Assembly: GCA_964635715.1 (NCBI GenBank)
Contig: CAZWNZ010000001.1
Location: 138,358-202,357 of the forward strand
Reading direction: 5' to 3'
DNA: 64,000 bases
Source: an uncultured Gammaproteobacteria bacterium
GTDB lineage: Bacteria; Patescibacteriota; Microgenomatia; UBA8517
The position numbers and the translations under genes are program-made. Positions 8,365-18,106 of this stretch are shown here, piece after piece. Each line of letters starts with the position of its first letter. Position 1 is the stretch's first letter. The notes under the pieces were generated by a model. The model did no database searches. It worked only from the letters and a program-made list of their open reading frames with translations, and was not told where the DNA came from.

Positions 8365-8913
8365 ATGGAATCTGCCTCCAATCCTGCCGATAGCACATTA
8401 AATGGGGAACCACAGGCAGTGGTCGTAAGAAGAGAAGCAGAACGTGATATTATCACCTGGGTAGCTCCAGCAAGACCTTTTAAAAGGTATGGTAGAAAAT
8501 TTTATGTCACCGTTTTTTCCATAATCGGAATTATCGGTATAATTTTTTTTATAGCTGAAGGCATTATGCCAGTGATACTTTTAATTTCCCTAACCTTTTT
8601 ATTTTATGTTTTGTCTACTGTTCAGCCTGAAAATATTGAATATAAGATAACAAACAGAGGGGTTAAAATTGCAGGTAGAGAAACACCTTGGCAAAGTTTG
8701 GTCAAATTTTGCTTCTCACAGAAATCCGGGAGTGATGTTTTGGTATTTGAGATGATTCCACTTCCCGGTAGAATGGAACTTGTCGTAAAGTCTGAAATTA
8801 AAGAAAGTCTCAGAAAGGAAATCTCCGCGTATATTCCATACGAGGAAATTCCACCCTCCTTTTTAGACAAAATTTTAAACTGGATTGTTAAAAAACTACC
8901 TGAGAACGATTGA
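8365..8913 (+). CDS. Hypothetical 2-TM membrane protein
   Basis: The ORF-track start at 8317 overlaps tRNA-Ser. The ATG at 8365 (MESASNP) follows the -10 box. Two central hydrophobic helices. Confidence 0.5.
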   Translation: MESASNPADSTLNGEPQAVVVRREAERDIITWVAPARPFKRYGRKFYVTVFSIIGIIGIIFFIAEGIMPVILLISLTFLFYVLSTVQPENIEYKITNRGVKIAGRETPWQSLVKFCFSQKSGSDVLVFEMIPLPGRMELVVKSEIKESLRKEISAYIPYEEIPPSFLDKILNWIVKKLPEND

Positions 8914-8936
8914 GAGTCTTACTCTGCAAAGTATTA

Positions 8937-9008
8937 GCGCCTGTAGCTTAATGGATAGAGTTGAGCCTTGCGGAGGCTTAGGTCCCAGTTCAACTCTGGG
9001 CAGGCGCA
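8937..9008 (+). tRNA. tRNA-Arg(GCG)
   Basis: GCGCCTG TA GCTTAATGGATAGAGT (Arg-type D-arm), anticodon arm GAGCC-TTGCGGA-GGCTT, T-arm CCCAGTTCAACTCTGGG, acceptor CAGGCGC plus A. Confidence 0.7.
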
Positions 9009-9013
9009 CTCAA

Positions 9014-9095
9014 GGTGGGTGGGCGGGACGGTAACGCGTTGGTTTCGAAAACCAATTCTCGCAAGGGATAACAAGTTCGACTCTTGTACCCACCG
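9014..9095 (+). tRNA. tRNA-Ser(CGA)
   Basis: GGTGGGT..., anticodon loop TTCGAAA, long variable arm, T-arm CAAGTTCGACTCTTG, acceptor ACCCACC plus G. Confidence 0.8.
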
Positions 9096-9110
9096 CTAAG
9101 AATTAAAAGT

Positions 9111-9563
9111 ATGAATAGTAAAAATAATCAGCAAATTTTAATAGGTGGAGCCATTGTTTTTAAAGACAATCGTGGCAAACGCCAATTTCTTTTGGTGAAA
9201 ACAAAAGAAGATGGGGATTGGGAAATTCCCAAAGTTACCGTTAGACGTGGAGAATCTTCTGTGCGTGCCGTTATAAGACTTACAGGAGAACAAGGTGGAA
9301 TTACTGCCAGAGTATTAGAAGAAGCGGGAAGATATTCCGGAAATGCCATTATCAACGGAAACTCCATGCCTCAAAAACATTATTATTATTTAATGCTTCA
9401 AAAGGGGGGATCAAGCGAATTGATAGGCTTCCAGAATTTTAAGTGGATGGACGCGGTTAACGTAAACAAAAAACTGGATTCGAAAAAAGAGAAAGAAATG
9501 TTTAAGTCGGCGCGTGACGTATTAAAAGAGTGGGAAACAACACACAAGGTAAAAACATACTAA
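9111..9563 (+). CDS. NUDIX-fold protein with degenerate Nudix box
   Basis: GESSVRAVIRLTGEQGG loosely resembles GX5EX7REUXEEXGU. The ORF-track start at 9084 overlaps the tRNA; the ATG at 9111 is used. Confidence 0.5.
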   Translation: MNSKNNQQILIGGAIVFKDNRGKRQFLLVKTKEDGDWEIPKVTVRRGESSVRAVIRLTGEQGGITARVLEEAGRYSGNAIINGNSMPQKHYYYLMLQKGGSSELIGFQNFKWMDAVNVNKKLDSKKEKEMFKSARDVLKEWETTHKVKTY

Positions 9564-10042
9564 CCCGTGAGTTCTCTTCCGGAGGCGTGGTGTACAAAAG
9601 ATCAGGAAATAAAATATTTTGGTTGATTCGAAAAACAATGGTGAGTGACTTATTTCCTGAGTGTTATTGGATGCTGCCCAAGGGCTGGTTGGATGATGCC
9701 GGAGACGGAATGCCTGGCCCAATGGCTTCAGGCAGGAAAAAAGCGGATGAAAAAACACTCCAGAAAACAGCAATAAGAGAAGTCGAGGAAGAAACGGGTG
9801 TTAATGCGAAAATTGTAGGCAAAATCGAAACAGCAAAATATTTTTACACTCATCCACAGAGAGGGAGAATATTAAAATTTGTTACATTTTATCTTATGGA
9901 ATGGACCCGTGATTTACCTGAAGGTTTTGACGGAGAAACGTCAGAAATTGACTGGCTTCCGTTTGAAAATGCATCGAAAAAGTTGTCTTTTGATAAGGAA
10001 AGAGAAGTTTTAAGTAACGCTTACAAATTATTACCTCATTAA
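9530..10042 (+). CDS. NUDIX hydrolase
   Basis: Canonical Nudix box GRKKADEKTLQKTAIREVEEETGV. Confidence 0.75.
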   Translation: MGNNTQGKNILTREFSSGGVVYKRSGNKIFWLIRKTMVSDLFPECYWMLPKGWLDDAGDGMPGPMASGRKKADEKTLQKTAIREVEEETGVNAKIVGKIETAKYFYTHPQRGRILKFVTFYLMEWTRDLPEGFDGETSEIDWLPFENASKKLSFDKEREVLSNAYKLLPH

Positions 10043-10055
10043 TCCAATCAAGTAG

Positions 10056-10069
10056 CTTCTGTTATAATA
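10056..10069 (+). promoter_or_regulatory. Conserved promoter-like box CTTCTGTTATAATA, copy 2, upstream of tRNA-Ser(GGA)
   Basis: Exact repeat of the 8346-8359 box. TATAAT ends 12 nt before the tRNA. Confidence 0.5.
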
Positions 10070-10080
10070 TGCCTACAATT

Positions 10081-10165
10081 GGAGGAGTCGCCTAGTGGCC
10101 TATGGCACGGGTTTGGAAAACCCGGACTCGCAAGAGTCTCGTGAGTTCGAATCTCACCTCCTCCG
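10081..10165 (+). tRNA. tRNA-Ser(GGA)
   Basis: GGAGGAG TC GCC TAGTGGCCTAT GGC, anticodon arm CGGGT-TTGGAAA-ACCCG, long variable arm, T-arm GTGAGTTCGAATCTCAC, acceptor CTCCTCC plus G. Confidence 0.8.
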
Positions 10166-10349
10166 CAAATAAAATTTGCGTTGGATCTGCGATTCGGTAC
10201 TGGGGTATAAGTGTGTACGGCGAATCTCACTTCCTCCGCTCGTCAGAGCAAGACTTTGTCGCTTCATTCCGACCATGTCGGAATGTTCGCTGCTTTTAGT
10301 CTGCTCTTCCTCTCAAAATTGCTTAGCAATTTTGTTGACACAAGAACAC

Positions 10350-11063
10350 ATGAGAATAATTTTTTTAAATTCCTGGTTTGGAAAAGCCGGTAAACCATTC
10401 TTTGATTTTATTGAAAGAGAAAAAGAAAAGACCGACGTTTTTTGTTTAACAGAATTTAATGAAGATTCAGTGAAAAAGATTTTCAGTTCCAATGATTGGA
10501 ATAAATTTAGCCATAGAGGTACATTTTTAGAATTGCTTGGATTCCAGGATAAGAATGTGATTTTCTCGAGAAAAGAATATTCAATTGTTGATTCGGGGAG
10601 TTTTAATACAAAAACACCAGTCAAAAATGAGACTGGAGTTGCCCAGTATGTTCTGCTTAGATTTGGCAACAGAGATTTGATGATTGTAAGTGTACATGGA
10701 ATATCCAAACCCGGTGATAAATTCGATACTCCAAAACGCCTAGGTCAATCAAAAAAAATTATTGATTTTTTTGGGCAGACAAGCGGACCAAAGATAATTG
10801 GGGGAGATTTTAATTTAAACCCTGAAACAGAAAGCATAAAAATGTTTGAGAAAGCGGGATACAGGAATTTAATTAAAGAATTTGGCATTCAAAATACAAG
10901 AAATGAGCTGAGTTGGACAAACTTTAGCAATGATCCGAAATTTGTCAAACAATATTTTGCTGATTATGTATTCGTTTCGCCCGATGTAAAAGTTAAAAAA
11001 TTTGAAGTTCCATACAATGAAATTTCGGACCATCTACCGTTAATTTTAGAGATTGAGATTTGA
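10350..11063 (+). CDS. Endonuclease/exonuclease/phosphatase (EEP, DNase I-like) family protein
   Basis: DVFCLTE and C-terminal ISDHLPLILEIEI motifs. The true ATG is at 10350 (MRIIFLNSW); the upstream TTG extension overlaps the tRNA region. Confidence 0.7.
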   Translation: MRIIFLNSWFGKAGKPFFDFIEREKEKTDVFCLTEFNEDSVKKIFSSNDWNKFSHRGTFLELLGFQDKNVIFSRKEYSIVDSGSFNTKTPVKNETGVAQYVLLRFGNRDLMIVSVHGISKPGDKFDTPKRLGQSKKIIDFFGQTSGPKIIGGDFNLNPETESIKMFEKAGYRNLIKEFGIQNTRNELSWTNFSNDPKFVKQYFADYVFVSPDVKVKKFEVPYNEISDHLPLILEIEI

Positions 11064-11125
11064 TCTTATATTTAAGATAGATTTTCGGGTTTTTTGTAGT
11101 CTTTTTATGATACACTACCCCTGAA

Positions 11126-12928
11126 GTGGATAACCAAATCGAAGAGGTCAAAAATAAGACAGACATAGTTTCGATAATCGGCGAAAGAATCGAACTTAAA
11201 AAGGCGGGACGCAACTATAAAACAAATTGTCCTTTCCACGGAGAAAAAACTCCTTCATTTATGGTTTCTCCCGAACTCCAGATTTTTAAATGTTTTGGTT
11301 GTGGCGAGGCTGGAGATGTTTTTGCTTTCCTGGAAAAATATGAAGGGATGGAATTTCCCGAAGCACTGAAGTATTTGGCAGAGCGCGCAGGAATCAAATT
11401 GCAAAAATTTGGCGGTGGGCAGGCGTCTGAAAAGGAAAAACTTATAGATCTAAATCGCGAGGCTCTGCGCTTTTATAGTTACCTGCTTGTCGAGCATCCC
11501 GCTGGTAAAAAGGCTTTAAATTATTTAACGGAAACACGCGGATTAAGTCTAGAAGTAATTAAAGAATTTCAGTTGGGATATTCTCCGGACAGTTCATATT
11601 CATTAAAAAAATATCTTGTTGATAAGAAAAAGTTTACTTTAAACGAAGTCGAACGGGCAGGAATAGGGATCGTCAGAGGAAGCGGGCTTTATGACAGGTT
11701 TAACGGCAGAATTATCTTTCCTCTCTTTGATCACAGAGGAAACCCCATTGGTTTTTCCGGCAGAATTTTGCCTTGGGATAAACGCGAGACGGGAAAGTAT
11801 ATTAATTCTCCCGAAACTCCGCTATATCACAAAAGTAATGTTCTTTATGGCCTGAATTTATCACGCTCTTTTATTAAGAAGAAAAAAACAGCGATAGTTG
11901 TAGAAGGGGAACTTGACCTTATTTCATCATGGCAGGCGGGAATAAAAAATGTGGTAGCTATTAAAGGTTCTGCTTTGACCGAGGAGCAAGTTAAACTTCT
12001 TTCACGCTTTGCTCAAAAATTTATTTTAGCTCTTGATAGTGACATGGCAGGTGATGCTGCAACCAGGAGGGGAATAAAAGTGGCAGCTGATATGGGAGTA
12101 GAAATAAAAGTGGTCGAACTTTCCGGGGGGTACAAAGATCCCGATGAAGCTGCCCGGAATAATATCGAAAGCTACAAAAAAGATTTGATAGGATCAAAAG
12201 TCATTTGGGATTTTTTAATCGACTCCGTTTTTGCCCGCAACGACGCGTCAACCGGCTCCGGTAAATCAAAAATTTCTAAAGAAATTATTCCCATCCTTTC
12301 TGAAATAGGGGATAAGATTGTCCAGTCTCATTATGCAAATGTTGTGGCCAGGAAACTCAGTGTTCCTTTGGAAGCAGTTTCCGAACAGATTTCAAAAATC
12401 GAAAGGCCTTCCACAAAGCCGATTGTTCAGGAAGAAAAAGTAACAAAGGATAAAACCAAGAGAGATGTTTTGGAAGAAAACTTTCTAAAATTGACTTTCG
12501 CTGTAGATTTAAAGTCCTTATCTTCAAAAGTGGCAACGGAGCTAATTAAGATGCCGTTTAATTTAAAACTAATTGAGGAATATAAGGTATTTATGGATAA
12601 GCATAAAAAATTTAATATTTCACAATTTGGCCAAAATTTACCCAAGGAATTATTTTCAGGTTTTTCAAAAATTGTGCTTGCCGAAGAGCGTGATTTAGAT
12701 GAAAATTCGGAAGAATTAAAAAGGGAGTTGGAATTAGTTGAAAAAGAGCTTAAAATACTAGCAGTAAAAGAAAAATTAGAAGATTTAGAATCTCAGATAC
12801 GTGAGATGGAAGAAAAAGGCGAAGATCAAAAGCTTCTTAAAGCTCAAACCGAATTTAACAAACTCGCCAAATTACGCTCCACCTACGAAAAGGACGAAGA
12901 AAGCGGTATAATTCTAAACGAACAATGA
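11126..12928 (+). CDS. dnaG: DNA primase DnaG
   Basis: CHC2 zinc finger [31 protein letters not shown] and a TOPRIM region (EGELD). GTG start. Confidence 0.9.
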   Translation: MDNQIEEVKNKTDIVSIIGERIELKKAGRNYKTNCPFHGEKTPSFMVSPELQIFKCFGCGEAGDVFAFLEKYEGMEFPEALKYLAERAGIKLQKFGGGQASEKEKLIDLNREALRFYSYLLVEHPAGKKALNYLTETRGLSLEVIKEFQLGYSPDSSYSLKKYLVDKKKFTLNEVERAGIGIVRGSGLYDRFNGRIIFPLFDHRGNPIGFSGRILPWDKRETGKYINSPETPLYHKSNVLYGLNLSRSFIKKKKTAIVVEGELDLISSWQAGIKNVVAIKGSALTEEQVKLLSRFAQKFILALDSDMAGDAATRRGIKVAADMGVEIKVVELSGGYKDPDEAARNNIESYKKDLIGSKVIWDFLIDSVFARNDASTGSGKSKISKEIIPILSEIGDKIVQSHYANVVARKLSVPLEAVSEQISKIERPSTKPIVQEEKVTKDKTKRDVLEENFLKLTFAVDLKSLSSKVATELIKMPFNLKLIEEYKVFMDKHKKFNISQFGQNLPKELFSGFSKIVLAEERDLDENSEELKRELELVEKELKILAVKEKLEDLESQIREMEEKGEDQKLLKAQTEFNKLAKLRSTYEKDEESGIILNEQ

Positions 12929-14004
12929 TACGTAAACCAGTACTCGATTTAATTAAAAAAGGCCGTGATCAAGGGTTTGTCACTCAAGAAGAAATCATGG
13001 AAGTTTTTCCGGACGCGGAAGAGAGAATAGTGGAATTAGATGACCTTTATGAAAAACTTTTGGCTGAAGGGATTGATGTTTTTGAATCGGTAACCCCTGG
13101 TGAAATCGAAACCGATGAAAAAGCCAGAGAAAAACTTGATCGTGAAATAGAGCTTCTTACAAAACTTGAGGGAATAGAGTCAACGGATCCTGTCAGACAA
13201 TATTTGAGGGAGATTGGAAGGGTTCCGCTTCTTTTAGCCGAAGACGAAATAGAATATGCAAAAAGATATGAAAAGGGTGATAAGCGCGCAAAAGATAAAT
13301 TAACAGAAAGCAATTTGAGACTTGTTGTTTCCATTGCCAAGAAATACATCGGTCGCGGTTTATCACTTCTCGATCTTATCCAAGAAGGAAATCAGGGCTT
13401 GATCCGCGCTGTCGAAAAATATGATTGGAGAAAAGGTTTCAAATTCTCAACTTACGCTACCTGGTGGATAAGACAGGCTATCACCCGTGCGATTGCCGAT
13501 CAGGCAAGAACTATCAGAATTCCGGTGCACATGGTTGAAACAATCAATAAAATTTACAGAACGAGCAGAAGACTTATGCAGGAACTGGGGCGTGAACCGA
13601 CTCCTGAGGAAATAGGCGGAGAGCTCGAAATGGATGGTGATAGAATTCGTGAGATTTTTAAAATTGCTCAAGAAACTACTTCATTGGAAGCTCCGGTTGG
13701 TGAGGATCAGGAAAGCTTTCTGGGAGATTTTATTCCAGACGAGAGCACTCTTTCACCAGTGGACCAAGCCAGCAAACAACTTTTAAAAGATCATTTGGAG
13801 GAAGTTCTTGGAACACTTTCCGAAAGGGAGGCAAAAGTTTTGAAGCTTAGGTTCGGATTGGAGGGCAGCAAAGCAATGACTTTGGAAGAAGTCGGAAAAG
13901 TTTTTGGGGTTACCCGTGAACGTATCCGCCAGATTGAGGCTAAAGCCTTGAGAAAATTAAAGCACCCCTCAAGGAGAAAGAAATTACAGGACTACTTAGA
14001 TTAG
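12925..14004 (+). CDS. rpoD: RNA polymerase sigma-70 factor RpoD
   Basis: Regions 1.2 to 4 are conserved: [67 protein letters not shown]. Lies in a dnaG-rpoD operon. Confidence 0.9.
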   Translation: MIRKPVLDLIKKGRDQGFVTQEEIMEVFPDAEERIVELDDLYEKLLAEGIDVFESVTPGEIETDEKAREKLDREIELLTKLEGIESTDPVRQYLREIGRVPLLLAEDEIEYAKRYEKGDKRAKDKLTESNLRLVVSIAKKYIGRGLSLLDLIQEGNQGLIRAVEKYDWRKGFKFSTYATWWIRQAITRAIADQARTIRIPVHMVETINKIYRTSRRLMQELGREPTPEEIGGELEMDGDRIREIFKIAQETTSLEAPVGEDQESFLGDFIPDESTLSPVDQASKQLLKDHLEEVLGTLSEREAKVLKLRFGLEGSKAMTLEEVGKVFGVTRERIRQIEAKALRKLKHPSRRKKLQDYLD

Positions 14005-14069
14005 TAACTGGAATCTAGAAGTCAGAATCTAGGAAAAACAAAACTAATTTCTAGTTTCTAGTGCCTAGC
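14003..14069. repeat. CTAG-AWTC-TAG palindromic repeat cluster (copy A)
   Basis: GTAACTGGAATCTAGAAGTCAGAATCTAGG...CTAGTTTCTAGTGCCTAG between convergent rpoD and tdh. Related clusters are at 40464-40497 and 62017-62041. Confidence 0.45.
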
Positions 14070-15004
14070 TTCTTTCGCAGACCATCAATCATTGTGGAGG
14101 TCATTTTGGGTAAATTAAATTCAGGTTTCCAGCCCCAATCAGCTCTAGCGACTGAATCATCAATTGATTCCGGCCAGGATTCGGCAATTGCCTGTTTTAC
14201 AGGATCGACATCATATGTAAAAATAAAATTCGGGTAGAGCTTTTTGATTTCTGCAGCAATTTCCTCCGGTGTAAAATTAATTGCTCCGAAATTGTAGCTT
14301 GTTCTAACTGTAATATTTTCGGCTGGGGCTTCCATTAGATCAATAGTTCCTTTGATGGCGTCATCAATATACATCATGGGAAGTCTCGTTCCTTCTTTGA
14401 GGAAACAACTATATTTCCCCTCGTTCAAAAGACCATAAAATATATGAACTGAGTATTCAGTTGTTCCGTCTCCCGGAGGAGCTTTGTATCCGGTAAGTCC
14501 CGGATATCGAATAGATCTGGCGTCAACGCCCCAGCGTTTCCAGTAATATTGGCACATGAGTTCTCCCGTAACTTTTCCGACTCCGTAAATTGTTGTTGGC
14601 TCAAGGCTTGTGTGCTGAGGAGTATCTATTTTTGGGGTAGTTGGGCCAAAGGCTGCAATTGAGCTTGGCCAAAAGACTTTGAATTTATAAGTTTTTGCTA
14701 AGTCTAAAATGTTTTTTAATCCCCCGAAGTTTACTTTCCAGGCCAAATCCGGGTCTTTCTCGCTTCCGACAGACAAAAGACCTGCCAGGTGGTAAACGTC
14801 AGTGATTCCGTTATTTTTAATAATTGTTTCAAGAGTGGAAATATCTGTCACATCCCCTTTGACTAAATTTCCGTCAAAATCAGCAGGAATTGTGCGATTT
14901 CCTAGTGCGAAAACATTTTCTTTACCGAATCTTTTTTGAAGTTCGGGAACAAGATCACTTCCCACAAGCCCAAAAGCTCCGGTTACTAATATTTTTTTGT
15001 TCAT
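14051..15004 (-). CDS. tdh: L-threonine 3-dehydrogenase (NAD-dependent epimerase/dehydratase-type, SDR fold)
   Basis: MNKKILVTGAFGLVGSDL Rossmann motif, YGVGK catalytic Tyr-x3-Lys, and it sits immediately downstream of kbl. Confidence 0.7.
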   Translation of the reverse strand: MNKKILVTGAFGLVGSDLVPELQKRFGKENVFALGNRTIPADFDGNLVKGDVTDISTLETIIKNNGITDVYHLAGLLSVGSEKDPDLAWKVNFGGLKNILDLAKTYKFKVFWPSSIAAFGPTTPKIDTPQHTSLEPTTIYGVGKVTGELMCQYYWKRWGVDARSIRYPGLTGYKAPPGDGTTEYSVHIFYGLLNEGKYSCFLKEGTRLPMMYIDDAIKGTIDLMEAPAENITVRTSYNFGAINFTPEEIAAEIKKLYPNFIFTYDVDPVKQAIAESWPESIDDSVARADWGWKPEFNLPKMTSTMIDGLRKKLGTRN

Positions 15005-15031
15005 TTTTTCTTTCGACTCGCTAAAGCTCGC

Positions 15032-16213
15032 TCAAGACTTCACTACGTTCAACTTCTCACCAACATTCTTGAAGATCTCTAATGCTTTGTCTAATTGCTC
15101 TTTAGTATGACCTGCAGAGTTCATAACTCGAACCCTGGCCTTTCCCTGGGGGACTGTTGGATAAACGATTGCTTTGGCAAACAAACCTTCATTAAATAAC
15201 TCGCGGCTGAAATCCTGTGCCATTTTGTTTTCTCCAAGCATAATAGGAACTATTGGGGTAGTGGAGATACCGGTGTCAAAACCAAGTTTTTTAAGCCCGG
15301 CTCGAAGATAATCTGCATTTTCCCAAAGTTTTTTAACCAAGTCTCCGCTTTTTTCCAAAAGTTCGACGGCTGCGATGCAAGCTGCAACGTCCGGTATAGT
15401 CATTGCAGAGGAGAATAAAAATGGTCGGCCGCGCTGGGAAAGCCATTCGATTACCTCTTTTTTACCTGCAGCAAGTCCACCCATAACTCCAAAAGCTTTG
15501 CTCATGGTGCCGACTTCAACATCAACTTTTCCGTGAAGGTTAAAATGGTCCACTATTCCTCGGCCATTTTCACCCAAAACTCCTTCACCATGTGCATCGT
15601 CAACCATAAGCATGGCCTCATATTTTGAAGTTACTTCATACAGTTTATCTAGGGGCGCAATATCACCGTCCATCGAAAATACTCCGTCAGTAATTACTAA
15701 CTTCTTACATTCTTTGTCCCCGACAGCTTTCAGTTTGGCATCCAGATCTTTTGGATCAGCATGGGCAAACCTAATAACAGTAGCCTTGCTTAATCGGCAA
15801 CCATCAATAATGCTTGCATGATTAAGCTCATCGGAGAAAATAAGATCGTTTTCACCCACAAGAGCGGGGATAACTGCAAGATTGGCGACAAACCCGGTTT
15901 GAAAAGTAATTACAGCTTCAGATTTTTTAAACTTGGCAAGTTTTTCTTCAAGTTTTTTGTGAAGAGTTGTAGTTCCTGCAATGGTTCTTACGGCGGCAGG
16001 TCCGATTCCGTACTCATCAATTGCTTTCTTGGCAGCTTCTTTCATCTCGGAATTATTGGCCAATCCCAGATAATTATTTGAGCAGAAGTTTAGAAGTTTT
16101 TTGCCGTCAATTACTATTTCGGGGCCGATGGGACTTTCGATGGTGAGAATGTTGTTGTATAAATTTTGTTCCTTGAGGTCTTCAACCTGCTTTTTTATCC
16201 AATCCGTAGCCAT
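15032..16213 (-). CDS. kbl: 2-amino-3-ketobutyrate CoA ligase (glycine C-acetyltransferase)
   Basis: Alpha-oxoamine synthase family: [11 protein letters not shown]-lysine motif and FCSNNYLGL. Confidence 0.8.
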   Translation of the reverse strand: MATDWIKKQVEDLKEQNLYNNILTIESPIGPEIVIDGKKLLNFCSNNYLGLANNSEMKEAAKKAIDEYGIGPAAVRTIAGTTTLHKKLEEKLAKFKKSEAVITFQTGFVANLAVIPALVGENDLIFSDELNHASIIDGCRLSKATVIRFAHADPKDLDAKLKAVGDKECKKLVITDGVFSMDGDIAPLDKLYEVTSKYEAMLMVDDAHGEGVLGENGRGIVDHFNLHGKVDVEVGTMSKAFGVMGGLAAGKKEVIEWLSQRGRPFLFSSAMTIPDVAACIAAVELLEKSGDLVKKLWENADYLRAGLKKLGFDTGISTTPIVPIMLGENKMAQDFSRELFNEGLFAKAIVYPTVPQGKARVRVMNSAGHTKEQLDKALEIFKNVGEKLNVVKS

Positions 16214-16239
16214 GAGATGATTATAACACCATTATGAAC

Positions 16240-17403
16240 TTATGTAGCTCCCAGCTCTCCTGGAGGCAAATATCTGGGTTTAAGTCCACGGTCAATTCCA
16301 GCCAAAACATTGATAACATCATCGGGGCGGTGTGACGAAAAATTTACGCTATATACCGGGTCTAGTAATTTATCATGCAACAAGTTTTCGGAGAGGCTTC
16401 TATCCGTGTTTTCTATTACCAAGTTGTCAACCAGGGTTCTCAGTGCTCTTTCTTGGTTTTCATTATATTCGCTAATTTGGACAGACCATTTTATTTCTGG
16501 CCCGTCATTAGAAGACTCCTTGTTTTGAGTAATCAATAATTTACTTCCAAAACCATAATCATCGCCGACCTGGGACAGGTCTTCATCTAAATTTTCTCTC
16601 CCCATTATCTTATCTCTGCCGTTCGGAGAAACATACAAAGTAACTTCGTAAGTTTTGCTTTCAGGATCGTAATTACAGTTGGGTTTGAGTTCTTCCGGCA
16701 GGTGTTTATTTTTATGAGCAAGACGTAGAGAAGCAATTCTGGCTAAATCTTTTATTTCCCGGATTGTTTTGTGTCTTACTTCCTCTTCCTTTTGTTCTTT
16801 TCTTAAATCTGCAGTGAATGCGGCAACTGCATGATCTAACGTAGCGTTAGGATAGGTTAATTCAAATTTGGAAGGTGTAAAACTAATGGCGTTGGTGGTT
16901 GGGGAGACATCGGCTCTTTCGTTAAATTTTCTGGATATTATAAATTGACCATTGTGATCTTTTGAAACTAAAGCAATCGGCTGTAGGCTTTTATCTTTTA
17001 ACTTATAATCGGGTTTGACCTCTGGTTTAAAGGAAATAATGCTTGCTGGGACGTTTGCTCCTATCAAGATAGTTCTTTTGGGAGCGTCAAAACTGCCTTC
17101 GGTTGGAGCTATATGAATATTGCCGGATTCAGTGTCTCCATATATAAAAAACGTGTTTCCTGAGGCTGATTCTTCCGTTCCCCCTGGCCTTAGAATTCCC
17201 AAACTAGTAACTTCTTTTCCTCTCATTACTAAAATATCAGACCATTCTTGATTTGGATTCAAGCGTATTTGAGCTCCGTCGGCCTTTATTGTTTCACCAA
17301 AAGAATCTGTCTCCGGAATAAAAATCATTGAGGGATAAGACAATTTTTCTTGGTTAACTGGGTGTTCAGACATATAAATATCAGTATATAGGCGAATTGA
17401 CAC
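16240..17403 (-). CDS. Hypothetical soluble protein, no recognisable domain
   Basis: 387 aa, no TM helix and no motif I can assign. Confidence 0.35.
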   Translation of the reverse strand: MSIRLYTDIYMSEHPVNQEKLSYPSMIFIPETDSFGETIKADGAQIRLNPNQEWSDILVMRGKEVTSLGILRPGGTEESASGNTFFIYGDTESGNIHIAPTEGSFDAPKRTILIGANVPASIISFKPEVKPDYKLKDKSLQPIALVSKDHNGQFIISRKFNERADVSPTTNAISFTPSKFELTYPNATLDHAVAAFTADLRKEQKEEEVRHKTIREIKDLARIASLRLAHKNKHLPEELKPNCNYDPESKTYEVTLYVSPNGRDKIMGRENLDEDLSQVGDDYGFGSKLLITQNKESSNDGPEIKWSVQISEYNENQERALRTLVDNLVIENTDRSLSENLLHDKLLDPVYSVNFSSHRPDDVINVLAGIDRGLKPRYLPPGELGAT

Positions 17404-17430
17404 AAGCTCAATTACATTCTAATATGAATT

Positions 17431-17769
17431 ATGCCCAATAAAACCCGAACAAAAGATACTAGAACCTATCGTGATAGGGCGCATTATTTAGTTCTTGCAG
17501 TTGCCAAAAGAAGACGAAAGTTAAAATCCATGGCGGTGGAATTAAAAGGGGGTAAATGCCAAATTTGTGGATACAATAAATATGTTGGGGCGTTGTCTTT
17601 TCATCATTTAGATGAAAAAAGTAAATCATTTGATTTATCAACAAAAGGTTTAACAAGAAGTTGGGAAAAAACAAAAGAAGAAGTCAATAAATGTATATTG
17701 GTTTGTGAAAATTGTCACAGGGAAATCCATGGGGGATTAATAAAGCTTCCAGTTAAGCTCAATGTTTGA
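17431..17769 (+). CDS. HNH endonuclease
   Basis: CQICGYNKYVGALSFHHLDEK...LVCENCHREIH is an HNH/zinc-finger nuclease signature. Confidence 0.7.
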   Translation: MPNKTRTKDTRTYRDRAHYLVLAVAKRRRKLKSMAVELKGGKCQICGYNKYVGALSFHHLDEKSKSFDLSTKGLTRSWEKTKEEVNKCILVCENCHREIHGGLIKLPVKLNV

Positions 17770-17792
17770 TATAATCAGTCGTTCATTAATAA

Positions 17793-18069
17793 TCCCCGGT
17801 AGCTCAGCGGTAGAGCGGATTCCTGTGATTTCTTAGCAGCTCTTAAAGGAAACTTTAAGATGAAAACTGGGAGAATTGCGTGAAGCCCCTGTCATTTTGA
17901 CGAGGTAACCCGCAGCCGAGCCCTAATAAAAATTAGGGAAGGTTCAGAAACTATGTACCCAGACACCTCGTTTATTCTGTAAACAAGTGCAAGATATAGT
18001 TCCGCGTCCCACAGAAATGTGGGGGAGCGAGTAAGAATAAGGTCGCTGGTCCGAATCCAGCCCGGGGAG
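17793..18069 (+). tRNA. tRNA-Asn(GUU) interrupted by a 205-nt intron in the anticodon loop
   Basis: 5' exon TCCCCGG TA GCTCAGCGGTAGAGC G GATTC CTGT (17793-17826). 3' exon TAA GAATA AGGTC GCTGGTCCGAATCCAGC CCGGGGA G (18032-18069). Spliced anticodon loop is CUGUUAA. U1-A72 and discriminator G are typical for bacterial tRNA-Asn. Confidence 0.7.
17827..18031 (+). ncRNA. Group I-like self-splicing intron inside tRNA-Asn
   Basis: Exon ends in U and intron ends in G. Exon CUGU can pair with intron GCAG (P1 with a U-G wobble at the splice site). P2 hairpin CTCTTAAAG-GAAA-CTTTAAGA. P3 pairing GACGAGGT/ACCTCGT. GCCGAGCC and GAAGGU core-like segments. Terminal hairpin CCCACA-GAAA-TGTGGG. Size matches the small IC3-type tRNA introns. 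Confidence 0.6.
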
Positions 18070-18106
18070 CACTTCGGCAAGCTCAGTGCAAGCACAATTT
18101 TTGACA

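Noticed and set aside
10218-10245. Partial duplicate of the tRNA-Ser(GGA) 3' end as an att site
   Set aside because: The copies are only about 57 nt apart with nothing between them, and no recombinase is nearby. It is likely a decayed remnant or chance similarity.
10176-10349. TTG-initiated N-terminal extension of the EEP-family gene
   Set aside because: It has no homology and covers a tRNA 3' end fragment. The canonical ATG at 10350 gives an EEP domain of normal length.
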